Shown in pieces: positions 16,578-24,812 of a stretch of DNA of 39,455 bases. The position numbers and the translations under genes were made by a program. The DNA is from a virus (taxonomy: Duplodnaviria; Caudoviricetes), in IMG/VR virus record IMGVR_UViG_3300043764_000035, positions 1 to 39,455 of that record. One strand, written 5' to 3'. The notes under the pieces were generated by a model. The model was not told where the DNA came from and ran no database searches. It saw nothing but the letters and a program-made list of their open reading frames with translations. How positions within the stretch are numbered: the stretch's first letter is position 1; each line of letters starts with the position of its first letter.

Positions 16578-16656
16578 TGCTTTGCTCCGTTAAGAGTGGC
16601 CGGGCAATTGGGGCACCGTCCCCGGCCCTTGACGGCTCGCTCAAGGCAGAGGCGAG

Positions 16657-16869
16657 CTAGCTCTGTCTTGGCCCCAAGCGGCTACGCTTCACTAAGCGCC
16701 GCTGAGCCTTGGCGGCTTCGCGCCTCGCTGCACGGTAGGTGCTGCGCTGGCGGGGCTGGCCCTTAGTCGAGGCCCATTCAAACCTGGGCGGCCGCATGAC
16801 CAAGCCTTGGCTGCGCTGGCCTGCGCGCTTCTGCTCAAGCACCGTCGGCCTTCCCCATCTATCTGCCAT
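16657..16869 (-). CDS. Basic hypothetical protein
   Basis: GGAGGA RBS; Arg-rich. Confidence 0.45.
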   Translation of the reverse strand: MADRWGRPTVLEQKRAGQRSQGLVMRPPRFEWASTKGQPRQRSTYRAARREAAKAQRRLVKRSRLGPRQS

Positions 16870-17047
16870 CGCTTTGTTCCTCCTTCACTTCGTGGGGGTT
16901 GGTCTTGGCTGGACACTTGGCCCAATGACGGGAGATGCCCAAGTTAGTGTAAAGTTGCCCGCAGTGGCAGCATTGAGTGTAGCCGCTGCGCCCTTCGCGT
17001 TTGCATGGGTTCTGTACCTTGGTGCCGTAGGTAAGGTGATGGATCAT
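16859..17047 (-). CDS. Small zinc-finger protein
   Basis: CCHC...HWAKC; ATGA overlap. Confidence 0.55.
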   Translation of the reverse strand: MIHHLTYGTKVQNPCKREGRSGYTQCCHCGQLYTNLGISRHWAKCPAKTNPHEVKEEQSDGR

Positions 17048-17286
17048 GACACTCGTCCTTTCAGGCTGATGGCTTCGCCATCGACCAACAGTGTGTGCCA
17101 ATAGGCCCAGCCTTCAGGTGTGTCGTGCCAAAGGAATAGCTTGGCCAAGACTTCAGGGCAGAGGTATGCAGGGCAGTCGCTACAAAGCACCATCTCGGCA
17201 AGGTCTCGCCCATTGTCGTAAGCTGCCTCAATGATCCTCTGCGCGTGATTGGGCCATTTGGCCCGGATGTAGTCATACGCAGTCAT
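17044..17286 (-). CDS. Hypothetical protein
   Basis: F.WHDTPEGWAYW motif; AAGGAG RBS. Confidence 0.6.
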   Translation of the reverse strand: MTAYDYIRAKWPNHAQRIIEAAYDNGRDLAEMVLCSDCPAYLCPEVLAKLFLWHDTPEGWAYWHTLLVDGEAISLKGRVS

Positions 17287-17516
17287 TCAAGCCACTCCTT
17301 CACCGCTGGATAGTTACTAGTGATCCACCTTGTCTCAGTGTCTGCCTGAGCTTGAGTGAAGCTCAGGATACTTCCGTCCTGGCGCAAGATTTCGCTGGCC
17401 ATATCCGCCAACTCGTTGCATGTGAACTGGCTGGTCTGCATCCCATTGCGCTTGATGCCTGCGGCAACTATCCGCATGGCGATGTAGTGAGCCCGCCTTG
17501 CTGTGCTCAGCCCCAT
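17283..17516 (-). CDS. Hypothetical protein
   Basis: Start set at MGLST (TAATG overlap). Confidence 0.5.
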   Translation of the reverse strand: MGLSTARRAHYIAMRIVAAGIKRNGMQTSQFTCNELADMASEILRQDGSILSFTQAQADTETRWITSNYPAVKEWLE

Positions 17517-17626
17517 TATAGCCACCCCGCAGCATAGGCGCAGAATAGCGCCAGCGCCCAAGCGAACAGCCCCAGCGCAATAATCCCGCCGCAGCCAAGG
17601 CGGACGCTTGGATCATTCCACTGCAT
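17516..17626 (-). CDS. 36-aa membrane peptide (not in the ORF track)
   Basis: MQWNDPSVRLGCGGIIALGLFAWALALFCAYAAGWL fills the gap. Confidence 0.5.
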   Translation of the reverse strand: MQWNDPSVRLGCGGIIALGLFAWALALFCAYAAGWL

Positions 17627-17966
17627 CTTCGCCCCCTTCATCTGAACTTGACTGAAGACCAGCGTTTGCCTTCGGCTCCCACCAAGCTTCGCTAGAGTAG
17701 TTCTCCATCAGGAAATGATTGATGCGAAGCAGCGTCAAGACCCACTCAGGATTGGATCCCTTGGCGCTCATCCTCTGTAGTGTCGCGCCCACTTCAGTAA
17801 AGCTCTTGCCGCAAGCGAGGCTAAAGCCAATGAAATCATACCACTCGCCGACGAAGTATTCGTCACTGGCAGGCACGTCCAGGTAAGCGCATATCGCATT
17901 GTCAACATCAGCGAGCCTTTGCGCATTTGCGCTCCCTTGGCGAAAGAGTTGGAAACAGCTTGGCAT
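17613..17966 (-). CDS. Hypothetical protein
   Basis: GGAGG RBS. Confidence 0.6.
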   Translation of the reverse strand: MPSCFQLFRQGSANAQRLADVDNAICAYLDVPASDEYFVGEWYDFIGFSLACGKSFTEVGATLQRMSAKGSNPEWVLTLLRINHFLMENYSSEAWWEPKANAGLQSSSDEGGEDAVE

Positions 17967-17979
17967 GGAAAGGCCTCCC

Positions 17980-18219
17980 TCAGGCTGTGGCTTTAGTGAA
18001 GTTCAGTGGCGTTGAGTGAAGGGCAGCATTGATCCAGCCTTCACCGAAGTAGTAGTAATGATCAGGCACTTGCACCACCGGCAAGGGCCAATTCGGCCCA
18101 GTCTTGCCCCGGTAGTAATCCACATACTTGCACCACACCTCAATCGGCATAGCCCCATGCCAGCGATCATTAGTCTCAACACCTAGCCCGCTGGGCATGT
18201 CGTAGATAGTGACACTCAT
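17980..18219 (-). CDS. Hypothetical protein
   Basis: Start set at MSVTIY after GGAGG. Confidence 0.5.
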   Translation of the reverse strand: MSVTIYDMPSGLGVETNDRWHGAMPIEVWCKYVDYYRGKTGPNWPLPVVQVPDHYYYFGEGWINAALHSTPLNFTKATA

Positions 18220-18223
18220 GACT

Positions 18224-18427
18224 TTAGCCCTCCCCCACTTCAATTGCCGCCAAATGCTCGTAGCGCTTGAGTACATAGCTCCAAACCATACCATGGATGT
18301 ATGGCTTCCCATTTGGAAAGATAAACGTAATAGGCTTGTCCGGGTCACTGCAGATGGCCAGCCCTTTATGGATCGGCCCATCCTGAGTGAGCTTAAAGCT
18401 ACACGGTATAGCGTAAAGTTTTGGCAT
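18224..18427 (-). CDS. Hypothetical protein
   Basis: AAGGAG RBS. Confidence 0.55.
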   Translation of the reverse strand: MPKLYAIPCSFKLTQDGPIHKGLAICSDPDKPITFIFPNGKPYIHGMVWSYVLKRYEHLAAIEVGEG

Positions 18428-18497
18428 GCTCTGTTCTCCTTAGCGATAAGGGTTGGCCCTGGCCTAGCTGGGGCCTTTAGTTCAGTTCAGTCTGGCC

Positions 18498-18719
18498 CTA
18501 GTACATCCCAGGCAGGGGATTAATCGCTGGCCTTGCCTGATAACTCGTGCCATCATCTTTGAAGATGAAATAGGCCGCCCTGCCAGCCCCGTTGGCATAC
18601 TCGGCGAATGCCCTCACCCCATCATAGCCTTCGCTTGCACCCATTAGCTCAAGCAAACTAGGCGTATGCCCAGGCTTCGCTGCGCTTGCACTAGTGTTGA
18701 CGTAGATAATCTCTGGCAT
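18498..18719 (-). CDS. Hypothetical protein (first gene of the left arm)
   Basis: AGGAG RBS, downstream of two promoters. Confidence 0.6.
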   Translation of the reverse strand: MPEIIYVNTSASAAKPGHTPSLLELMGASEGYDGVRAFAEYANGAGRAAYFIFKDDGTSYQARPAINPLPGMY

Positions 18720-18768
18720 GCTAATCGCTCCTATCTGGCCCTAGTAGGGCTCAACTCGCCGCCCGGCC

Positions 18769-18797
18769 ATTCTGCGCCCCGCCGCGGCCGCCGTCAA
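18769..18797 (-). promoter_or_regulatory. Possible sigma70 promoter
   Basis: TTGACG-17 bp-CAGAAT. Confidence 0.45.
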
Positions 18798-18843
18798 TTC
18801 AACTTTCCGTGAGGCGCCTGCGGCACTGGTTCGGCATTGTACA

Positions 18844-18872
18844 AGTATATCATAGGTGGCCGCTCTTGTCAA
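18844..18872 (-). promoter_or_regulatory. Strong sigma70 promoter for the early arm
   Basis: GGGC-TTGACA-17 bp-TATACT. Confidence 0.8.
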
Positions 18873-18930
18873 GCCCCCTTTTGTCGCTTTTATTTCCGCT
18901 CCCTCATGCTCCCCCGACGTATTTCGATGA

Positions 18931-19135
18931 CTCCCTTATAGGTCTCTTATAGACCCTCGATACGCCGATAGGGCAAAGGGGGTGGCATACCCCGGTATAG
19001 GGGGAGGGGGAGGGATATAGGGGAGAGAGAAGAGAGAGAGAGAGACAGACAGACCATATACCCCACTCCCCCCACCTATGGCACCCCTATTGGCATATCG
19101 GAGTATGAGGGGTTAATAAGGGAGGCATAAGGGAG
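18931..19135. repeat. ~200-bp imperfect inverted repeat with a (GA)n spacer and ATAAGGGAGGC tandem units
   Basis: Arm ~18931-19022 aligns with the reverse complement of ~19054-19135. Confidence 0.75.
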
Positions 19136-19249
19136 GCATAAGGGTTCGGGAGGCAGGTGTGCAGTGGGCGCTATGGAGCCAGCCCTGCGCCACTTGCGCT
19201 TGCACTGCACAACTACTCCTGCCGCAGTGCACCTTCACGATTTCGTGAT

Positions 19250-19278
19250 TTGCCTTTCCGCTCCACTTCCGGCATGAT
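19250..19278 (+). promoter_or_regulatory. Possible sigma70 promoter
   Basis: TTGCCT-17 bp-CATGAT upstream of the 19338 gene. Confidence 0.4.
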
Positions 19279-19337
19279 CGGCCTTGTCGGCAACGCATCG
19301 GGCAATTCCGCCCCACAGGGCCGACAAGGAGCCCACC

Positions 19338-19613
19338 ATGTCCCAGCAAGTCGCCAAGACCGAAGTCTCCATGTCTGACCTGCTCAAGATCATCGCAGAG
19401 CAGAAGCTCGCCCTAGAAAAGCTCTCTGCGGAGCAGGCCAAGCGCCAGACCATCTCTTACAAAGTCTCCGAGAAAGGCGCCCTTAGCGTCTATGGCCTCG
19501 GCCGCTGGCCAGTCACTCTCTACAAGACACAATGGCTCAGCCTCTTAGCCAAGGCCGATGACATCCGCAAGTTCATGGCCGATCACGCCGACAAGCTCGC
19601 CAGCAAGCCCTAG
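19338..19613 (+). CDS. Hypothetical protein with a KVSEKG-SVYGLGR-PVTLY motif
   Basis: AAGGAG RBS before ATG 19338; coiled-coil followed by a compact motif recognisable from other phage and bacterial hypothetical proteins. Confidence 0.75.
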   Translation: MSQQVAKTEVSMSDLLKIIAEQKLALEKLSAEQAKRQTISYKVSEKGALSVYGLGRWPVTLYKTQWLSLLAKADDIRKFMADHADKLASKP

Positions 19614-19648
19614 GCCACGCCTACCCTGCTACCTTGCTGCACTGCACA

Positions 19649-19676
19649 GGCCTCTCACCCGAAGGGGTGGGGGGCC
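19649..19676 (+). terminator. Hairpin after the 19338 gene (weak terminator candidate)
   Basis: GGCCTCTCACCC-GAAG-GGGTGGGGGGCC; poor U-tract. Confidence 0.35.
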
Positions 19677-19837
19677 AAAATTTCGGCCTTGCGCGTGGGC
19701 GCAGTTCTCCCTCCCGCAAAAAATATGCACCAGCGCTTTCTACCTAATACATATAAAAATTTAATGCGGAATGCTGAGCCCTCAATGCGGCTGGGGCTGG
19801 CTTATGCAAGTGGGGCGAAAAAGACCAAGGAATGGGC

Positions 19838-19866
19838 TTGACTCGGAGCCAGTTTTGTGGTAAGAT
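19838..19866 (+). promoter_or_regulatory. sigma70-type promoter upstream of the packaging/structural operon
   Basis: GGGC-TTGACT-17 bp-TAAGAT. Confidence 0.65.
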
Positions 19867-19892
19867 AGGTGTGTATAGCTCGGAATTTGCCT

Positions 19893-20525
19893 ATGGCGCA
19901 GCCATCACTTCACCGGGGAAAGCTGGCGCGGGTGCCGAAGGTGCTCAGCGTGCGGCCGCTTGCCAGGGAGGATGTAGCGGGGCTGGCGTCGCCTAGGCCG
20001 GCGCAGAATAGGCCCAAGGTCCTACGCGAGACGCATCATCGCCTTGCAAGGATGGTGGCCGCAGGTCTGCCCACGCATCAAGTGCTGAGCATCACCGGCT
20101 ACAGCTCGACGCGGCTGCTGCAGCTGAAAGCTGACCCGGCGTTCGCCCAGCTCGTGGCTGAATATCGCGAGAAGGTCACGGCCGATCACATTGCGCGGGT
20201 GGATGAGTTCGCCGAGGCATCGATCTCGAACATGCTCCGGGCTGAGCGTATGGTTGAGGAGCATCTCGACGCGGCCGAGGAAAGCGATGAGCGCATCCCA
20301 CTCAAGACCTTGCTGGCACTTACCGCAGATCGGGCCGATCGCTTTGGTTATGGCAAGCGTAGCATCCAGCGCCGGGAGAATGTGGATTTCGCCCAGATGA
20401 TGGAGGCCATTGCCCGGCGCTCGGGTAAGAGCAACGTCATCGATGCACCTGCCGGCGCAGCCGTTGAGTGTAGGCCCTTGGCCGAGACTGTAATCGCTCC
20501 TCCTCTTGCTGGTGAGGAGGAGTGA
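19893..20525 (+). CDS. Putative terminase small subunit (HTH)
   Basis: HHRLARMVAAG...TGYSSTRLLQLKADPAF HTH-like segment; directly upstream of terL; start set at ATG 19893, downstream of the promoter. Confidence 0.6.
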   Translation: MAQPSLHRGKLARVPKVLSVRPLAREDVAGLASPRPAQNRPKVLRETHHRLARMVAAGLPTHQVLSITGYSSTRLLQLKADPAFAQLVAEYREKVTADHIARVDEFAEASISNMLRAERMVEEHLDAAEESDERIPLKTLLALTADRADRFGYGKRSIQRRENVDFAQMMEAIARRSGKSNVIDAPAGAAVECRPLAETVIAPPLAGEEE

Positions 20526-20648
20526 TGGAGGAGAGAGTGCGCGACACGAGGCATGCGTTGGCGCCGCTCTCTCCTCGTTTTGTCGCGCCAGCGCGGAGTG
20601 TTAGCAAAGGCCTGCACTGCACTTCAGTGAGGCTTCGCCTTAGGGGGA

Positions 20649-22169
20649 ATGTGCGTGGAACCGGCCCTAGCCGAATGGCTCGTCGCAGTTCGTGACGATC
20701 CCTACGCCTATGTAATGGGCGCCTTCCCTTGGGAGGTGAAGGGCACTCAGCTTGAGGCGTTCTCCGGCCCTATGCCTTGGGCCGTGGCGTTGATGCAGCG
20801 GATTAAGCTCGGCCTGATCTCGGCTGAAGAAGCCATCCTCGAAGCCGTCTCCAGCGGCCATGGCATCGCCAAGTCCACCACCGTGGCCCAGCTAGTCCTC
20901 TGGGCCTTCACCACCTTTCCAGACTGTCGCGGCGTCGTTACAGCCAACACTGAGACTCAGCTCAAGACCAAGACCTGGGCCGAACTCGGCAAGTGGTTCA
21001 ACCTCCTCGATCCACTGATCCGCGAGCACTTCGAGCTGAAGGCAACTTCGTTGCTTTCCCGCGACGAGACCCGGGAGCGCACTTGGCGGATCGATATGAT
21101 CCCCTGGTCGAAGACCAACCCTCAAGCCTTCGCCGGGCTGCATAACAAAGGCAACCGCCTAATCCTCATCTTCGACGAAGCTTCGGAGATCGAAGACATC
21201 ATTTGGGAGACCGCCGAGGGCGCCTTCAGCGACGCCGACACGCAGCTAATCTGGCTAGCCTGCGGTAACCCCACCCGCAACTACGGCCGCTTCCGTGAAT
21301 GCTTCGACGGCGGCCAACACGCTTCGCTGTGGCGCACCACACAGATCGACAGCCGAGAAGTTCCAATCACCAACAAGAAGCGCATCGAGCGCCTCATCCA
21401 CATCTATGGCGAAGACAGTGACTACGTCCGCATCCGCATCAAAGGCCAGTTCCCACGCCAAGGCCTCATGGAGTTCTTCAGCGCCGCCGAGATCGACGCC
21501 GCCATGTCGGAGGACCGGACCGTTTTTGTGGATATCTCCACCCCACTCGCCCTTGGAGTCGACGTCGCGCGCTATGGGGCCAACAACAGTGTTATCTTCC
21601 CTCGTAAAGGACGCGACGCTAGGACGATTACTCGGAAGGTCTTCAACGGCCTTAACACCGTAGGTCTAGCCGATCAAGTCTTCTCCTGTTGGCACACATG
21701 GCACCCTGACGGCATCTTCATCGATGGCGGCGGCGTCGGTGGTGGCGTGGTGGACAACTGCCGCGCCAAGCACCTCTACGTCACTGAAGTCCAATTCGGC
21801 GCCAAGGACGACATCACTGGCGTTGTTTTCAACAACCAAGGCGAGCGCTACGCCAACAAGCGGGCAGCCATGTACGGAGCGCTTCGCTCGTGGCTTCCCA
21901 CCGGCATGCTGCCACGCGACAGTGACCTCCGCACAGCGATGCTGGCCATTCGCTACACCTTCAACAAGAACGATGAGATCATCCTCGTCTCCAAGGAAGA
22001 AATCCTCGAAGACAATCCAGGACTCCTCCTCGACGACCTCGACGCCCTTTGCCTGACCTTCGGTGGGCCTTTGGCCCCACATGCCAACGCTGGCGGCGAC
22101 CACCCACAGAAGCCACTACACATCAGTGAATACGACCCCTACTCCCGTGAGATAATGGAGATGCAATAA
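20649..22169 (+). CDS. terL: Terminase large subunit
   Basis: SSGHGIAKS Walker A, LIFDEAS Walker B, GNPTR, nuclease GVDVARYG...IDGGGVG...DALCLTF; true start may be GTG 20655. Confidence 0.93.
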   Translation: MCVEPALAEWLVAVRDDPYAYVMGAFPWEVKGTQLEAFSGPMPWAVALMQRIKLGLISAEEAILEAVSSGHGIAKSTTVAQLVLWAFTTFPDCRGVVTANTETQLKTKTWAELGKWFNLLDPLIREHFELKATSLLSRDETRERTWRIDMIPWSKTNPQAFAGLHNKGNRLILIFDEASEIEDIIWETAEGAFSDADTQLIWLACGNPTRNYGRFRECFDGGQHASLWRTTQIDSREVPITNKKRIERLIHIYGEDSDYVRIRIKGQFPRQGLMEFFSAAEIDAAMSEDRTVFVDISTPLALGVDVARYGANNSVIFPRKGRDARTITRKVFNGLNTVGLADQVFSCWHTWHPDGIFIDGGGVGGGVVDNCRAKHLYVTEVQFGAKDDITGVVFNNQGERYANKRAAMYGALRSWLPTGMLPRDSDLRTAMLAIRYTFNKNDEIILVSKEEILEDNPGLLLDDLDALCLTFGGPLAPHANAGGDHPQKPLHISEYDPYSREIMEMQ

Positions 22170-22330
22170 TGGAACGCAAATGTCCAGAGTGCTCTGCGCC
22201 CATGACCTATGTCGGCCGCTGGCCTGACGGGGTCTATCGAGACTCAACCTTGGCGCAGATTGTCTCTGCGCCAATCACTCACAGATGGGTCTGCTTCGAA
22301 TGCAAATCCAGCATTAGGGAGCCTGCGTGA
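22169..22330 (+). CDS. 53-aa zinc-ribbon protein (not in the ORF track)
   Basis: MERKCPEC...WVCFEC; TAATG and TGATG overlaps. Confidence 0.55.
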   Translation: MERKCPECSAPMTYVGRWPDGVYRDSTLAQIVSAPITHRWVCFECKSSIREPA

Positions 22331-22524
22331 TGGTCACAATGTCCGCCCCGAGCCAACCGGCCCTACCCGCCACGCCTGCTGCCCCTGCCCCGCCTCCGAT
22401 CTTTGCCTCGTCCCCAACCGGCTCCAAGCCCGGCCGCAAGTCCCCAACCCCGTCCTTCCTCAACTCTGCAGCCTTGCCTAGCCAACCAGCGCAGGGCACC
22501 GGCAAGACCCTAGTAGGAGCCTGA
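22330..22524 (+). CDS. Pro-rich pre-portal virion assembly protein
   Basis: Pro-rich N-terminus and C-terminal KTLVG, like the KxLLG-ending small proteins upstream of podovirus portals. Confidence 0.6.
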   Translation: MVTMSAPSQPALPATPAAPAPPPIFASSPTGSKPGRKSPTPSFLNSAALPSQPAQGTGKTLVGA

Positions 22525-22527
22525 GCC

Positions 22528-22701
22528 ATGTATGAGTATTCCATCAAACACGTGGACCCTGGCGCCGAACTCGCAAGTCAGCTGAACGCCACGGCCGTAG
22601 AAGGCTGGCGGGTAGTGACTCTCATCTACCGCGACAACACGCCAATTGCAGTTCTATACGAAAGGACCCTCCATGCCTCAAGCCCCGATGCTTCCGCCTG
22701 A
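22528..22701 (+). CDS. DUF4177-like protein (not in the ORF track)
   Basis: MYEY...LNATAVEGWRVV...LYER; AGGAG RBS. Confidence 0.6.
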   Translation: MYEYSIKHVDPGAELASQLNATAVEGWRVVTLIYRDNTPIAVLYERTLHASSPDASA

Positions 22702-22861
22702 GCTAGCTGCGCAGCTCCAGAGCGGTATCGACCCACAGAACTTCCTCCTAGCCGCGGCTGACCTACACCAGCAAGGCGCGCTCGCTAGCGATGTGCCTGT
22801 CGGCAAGGCCCTTCCGGCCAAGGCCGCTGGCCGCGCCAAGAAGTTGAAGGTGATCAAATGA
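22673..22861 (+). CDS. Hypothetical protein
   Basis: Start MPQAP after AAAGGA. Confidence 0.55.
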   Translation: MPQAPMLPPELAAQLQSGIDPQNFLLAAADLHQQGALASDVPVGKALPAKAAGRAKKLKVIK

Positions 22862-23058
22862 ACCGATACGAGTATCAGAAATTCTATCTGTCGATCACTA
22901 ACTTGATGAGTAAGCCCTCTAACAACATGGACAATGAAATACTGATTTGGATGAATAACCTAGGCTCTGAAGGCTGGGCTATATTCGACTTACAGGGCCA
23001 GCTTGCTGGAGACGCTTGGTTCGGCACTGCAACAGCAAGGCGAAAGCTAGCTGAATGA
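22858..23058 (+). CDS. DUF4177-like protein
   Basis: RYEY...MNNLGSEGWAI...ARRK. Confidence 0.6.
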   Translation: MNRYEYQKFYLSITNLMSKPSNNMDNEILIWMNNLGSEGWAIFDLQGQLAGDAWFGTATARRKLAE

Positions 23059-24812
23059 ATGCCCTAATCGACCACCGCCAGTTCCGCACTAACTCCGACG
23101 ACGCGACTCCTTCGGATCAGCGCCTGCGCTCCTTCCAGATGGGGCGCCTTCTTGGCATGCGGACCAACCGCTACAGCTGGTGGACCCATGCCCGCGAGTT
23201 GGCCGACTACATCCTCCCGCGGCGCTACAAGTGGCTCATCACCCAGAACCAGCAGAACCGCGGTTCGCCTATCAACCAGCACATACTTGACTCCACTGGG
23301 ACCCTCTCCGCGCGCAATCTTGCCGCAGGCATGTTCAGCGGCGTCTGCCCTCCAACCCGCCCTTGGATCAAGTACAAGTGGGGCAAGATCGACTCGACGC
23401 AGTCGGGCCCCGTTCCAATCTGGCTCAAGCAATGCGAAGAGCTGACTTATTCCGTCTTGGCTGCCTCTGGCTTCTACACAGCCATGGCGGTCTTCCTCTT
23501 CGACCTCGTTGTATTCGGCACGGCCGTCCTTCTCATCTACGAAGACTTCGACAACGTCATCAACTGCATCAACCCCTGCTTCGGCGAATACTACGTCGAC
23601 ATCGACGGCAAGTACCGCCCGGTTATCTTCTACCGCGAGTTCACCTACACTGTCGCTCAGACCGTCGATGAGTTCGGCTGGGAGAACTGCAGCACCGCCG
23701 TCCAGCAAAGCTACGACCTAGCCTCTGGCGCTGGCCTCACCCGCGAGATCATCGTCGCGCACGCTATCGAGCCCAACACCGATCCGGAGAAATACGGCTT
23801 CCCCGCGCACTGGAAATACCGCGAGACCTATTGGGAATGGGGCGGCACCGCCACGCCCCAGGGCGGCACCGTCGCCAGGGGCTTCCTCCGCAAGCGGGGG
23901 TTCAACGAACGTGCCGCAATCATCGGCCGCTGGGACCTTGTCGCCAACGACCCCTACGGCCGCAGCGTCGGCATGGATGCCCTTCCCGACATCAAACAAC
24001 TCCAGCAAGAGACCCGCCGCAAGGCCCAGGGCATCGACAAAGGCATCAACCCACCCCTCGTTGCCGACGTCCAACTCAAGAACCAGCCTGCCTCGCTCCT
24101 GCCCGGCGGCATGACCTTCCTCCAAGGCATGATGTCTACCGGCAACGATGGCATGAAGCCCGTCTATGGCAACTGGAAGCCGGACATCTCCGCCATCACC
24201 GAGGACTTGAACGAAGTCCGCGCCAGGGTCAAAGACATCTTCTTCAACAACCTCTTCCAAGTGGCCTCGCAGTTTGAGACCCGCTCGAACATAACTGCGG
24301 TTGAATGGGACATGCGCAAGAGCGAGTCTCTTGTGATGCTGGGTCCAGTCCTCGACCGCCTCCGCTACGAAGTCCTGATCCCTATCATCGATCGCGTCTG
24401 GGGCATCATGCTCCGCGCCGGCATCATCCCACCCCCACCGCCGGAAGTAGCGGGCAAGGACATCAATGTTGAGTTCGTCTCGATCTTGCAGATCGCTCAG
24501 CAAGCGGCGCAAGCTGGCTCCATCGAACGCATGCTTCAGATGACCGGTACTATAGCCGGTATCGATCCGGCCGCAACAGACAACGTCGACTTCGACATGG
24601 CGCTCGACATCTACGCCAAACTCCTCGACACCGACCCGCGCATCATCCGTAGCCCGGCGCAACTAACCTCCATCCGGCGCAGGCGAGAACAGCAGCAGGC
24701 GCAGGAGGCTCAGGCCCAACAGGTCGAGGCCCTTAGCAAAGCCGGTGCCAACGCCTCTCAGATCGACGTCGGTGGCGGCCAGAACCTCGTCCAGCGGATG
24801 CTTCAAGGATGA
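23055..24812 (+). CDS. Portal (head-tail connector) protein, T7 gp8 / BPP-1 type
   Basis: LADYILP, DSTG..SARNLAAG, DLVVFGTA, PYGRS.GMDALPD, TAVEW...LGPVLDRL. Confidence 0.93.
   Translation: MNALIDHRQFRTNSDDATPSDQRLRSFQMGRLLGMRTNRYSWWTHARELADYILPRRYKWLITQNQQNRGSPINQHILDSTGTLSARNLAAGMFSGVCPPTRPWIKYKWGKIDSTQSGPVPIWLKQCEELTYSVLAASGFYTAMAVFLFDLVVFGTAVLLIYEDFDNVINCINPCFGEYYVDIDGKYRPVIFYREFTYTVAQTVDEFGWENCSTAVQQSYDLASGAGLTREIIVAHAIEPNTDPEKYGFPAHWKYRETYWEWGGTATPQGGTVARGFLRKRGFNERAAIIGRWDLVANDPYGRSVGMDALPDIKQLQQETRRKAQGIDKGINPPLVADVQLKNQPASLLPGGMTFLQGMMSTGNDGMKPVYGNWKPDISAITEDLNEVRARVKDIFFNNLFQVASQFETRSNITAVEWDMRKSESLVMLGPVLDRLRYEVLIPIIDRVWGIMLRAGIIPPPPPEVAGKDINVEFVSILQIAQQAAQAGSIERMLQMTGTIAGIDPAATDNVDFDMALDIYAKLLDTDPRIIRSPAQLTSIRRRREQQQAQEAQAQQVEALSKAGANASQIDVGGGQNLVQRMLQG

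Larger units (their letters stand above)
15165..16635 (-). promoter_or_regulatory. Series of long intergenic stem-loops (15165-15226, 15253-15319, 16036-16097, 16102-16130, 16372-16420, 16587-16635), possible RNA processing or leader elements
   Basis: Complementary arms read directly, e.g. CCCAGCGTA/TACGCTGGG, ACTGAGCGA/TCGCTCAGT, GGCCGGG/CCCGGCC; one GCAA tetraloop. Confidence 0.55.

Noticed and set aside
15165-16635. Integron attC-like cassette sites
   Set aside because: The arms lack the RYYYAAC...GTTRRRY arrangement and no integron integrase is visible
20539-20610. HDV-like ribozyme suggested by CTCCTCG and nested pairing
   Set aside because: No P3 stem around the loop and no P1.1 GG after the P1 3' strand
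20523-20651. Stop-codon readthrough fusing TerS to TerL (same frame, pseudoknot after the stop)
   Set aside because: A second in-frame TGA at 20628-20630 blocks simple readthrough
23064-24662. Long antisense ORFs (23064-23708, 23718-24662) and similar ones elsewhere
   Set aside because: Shadow frames expected opposite genes with strong third-position C/G bias; no recognisable motifs
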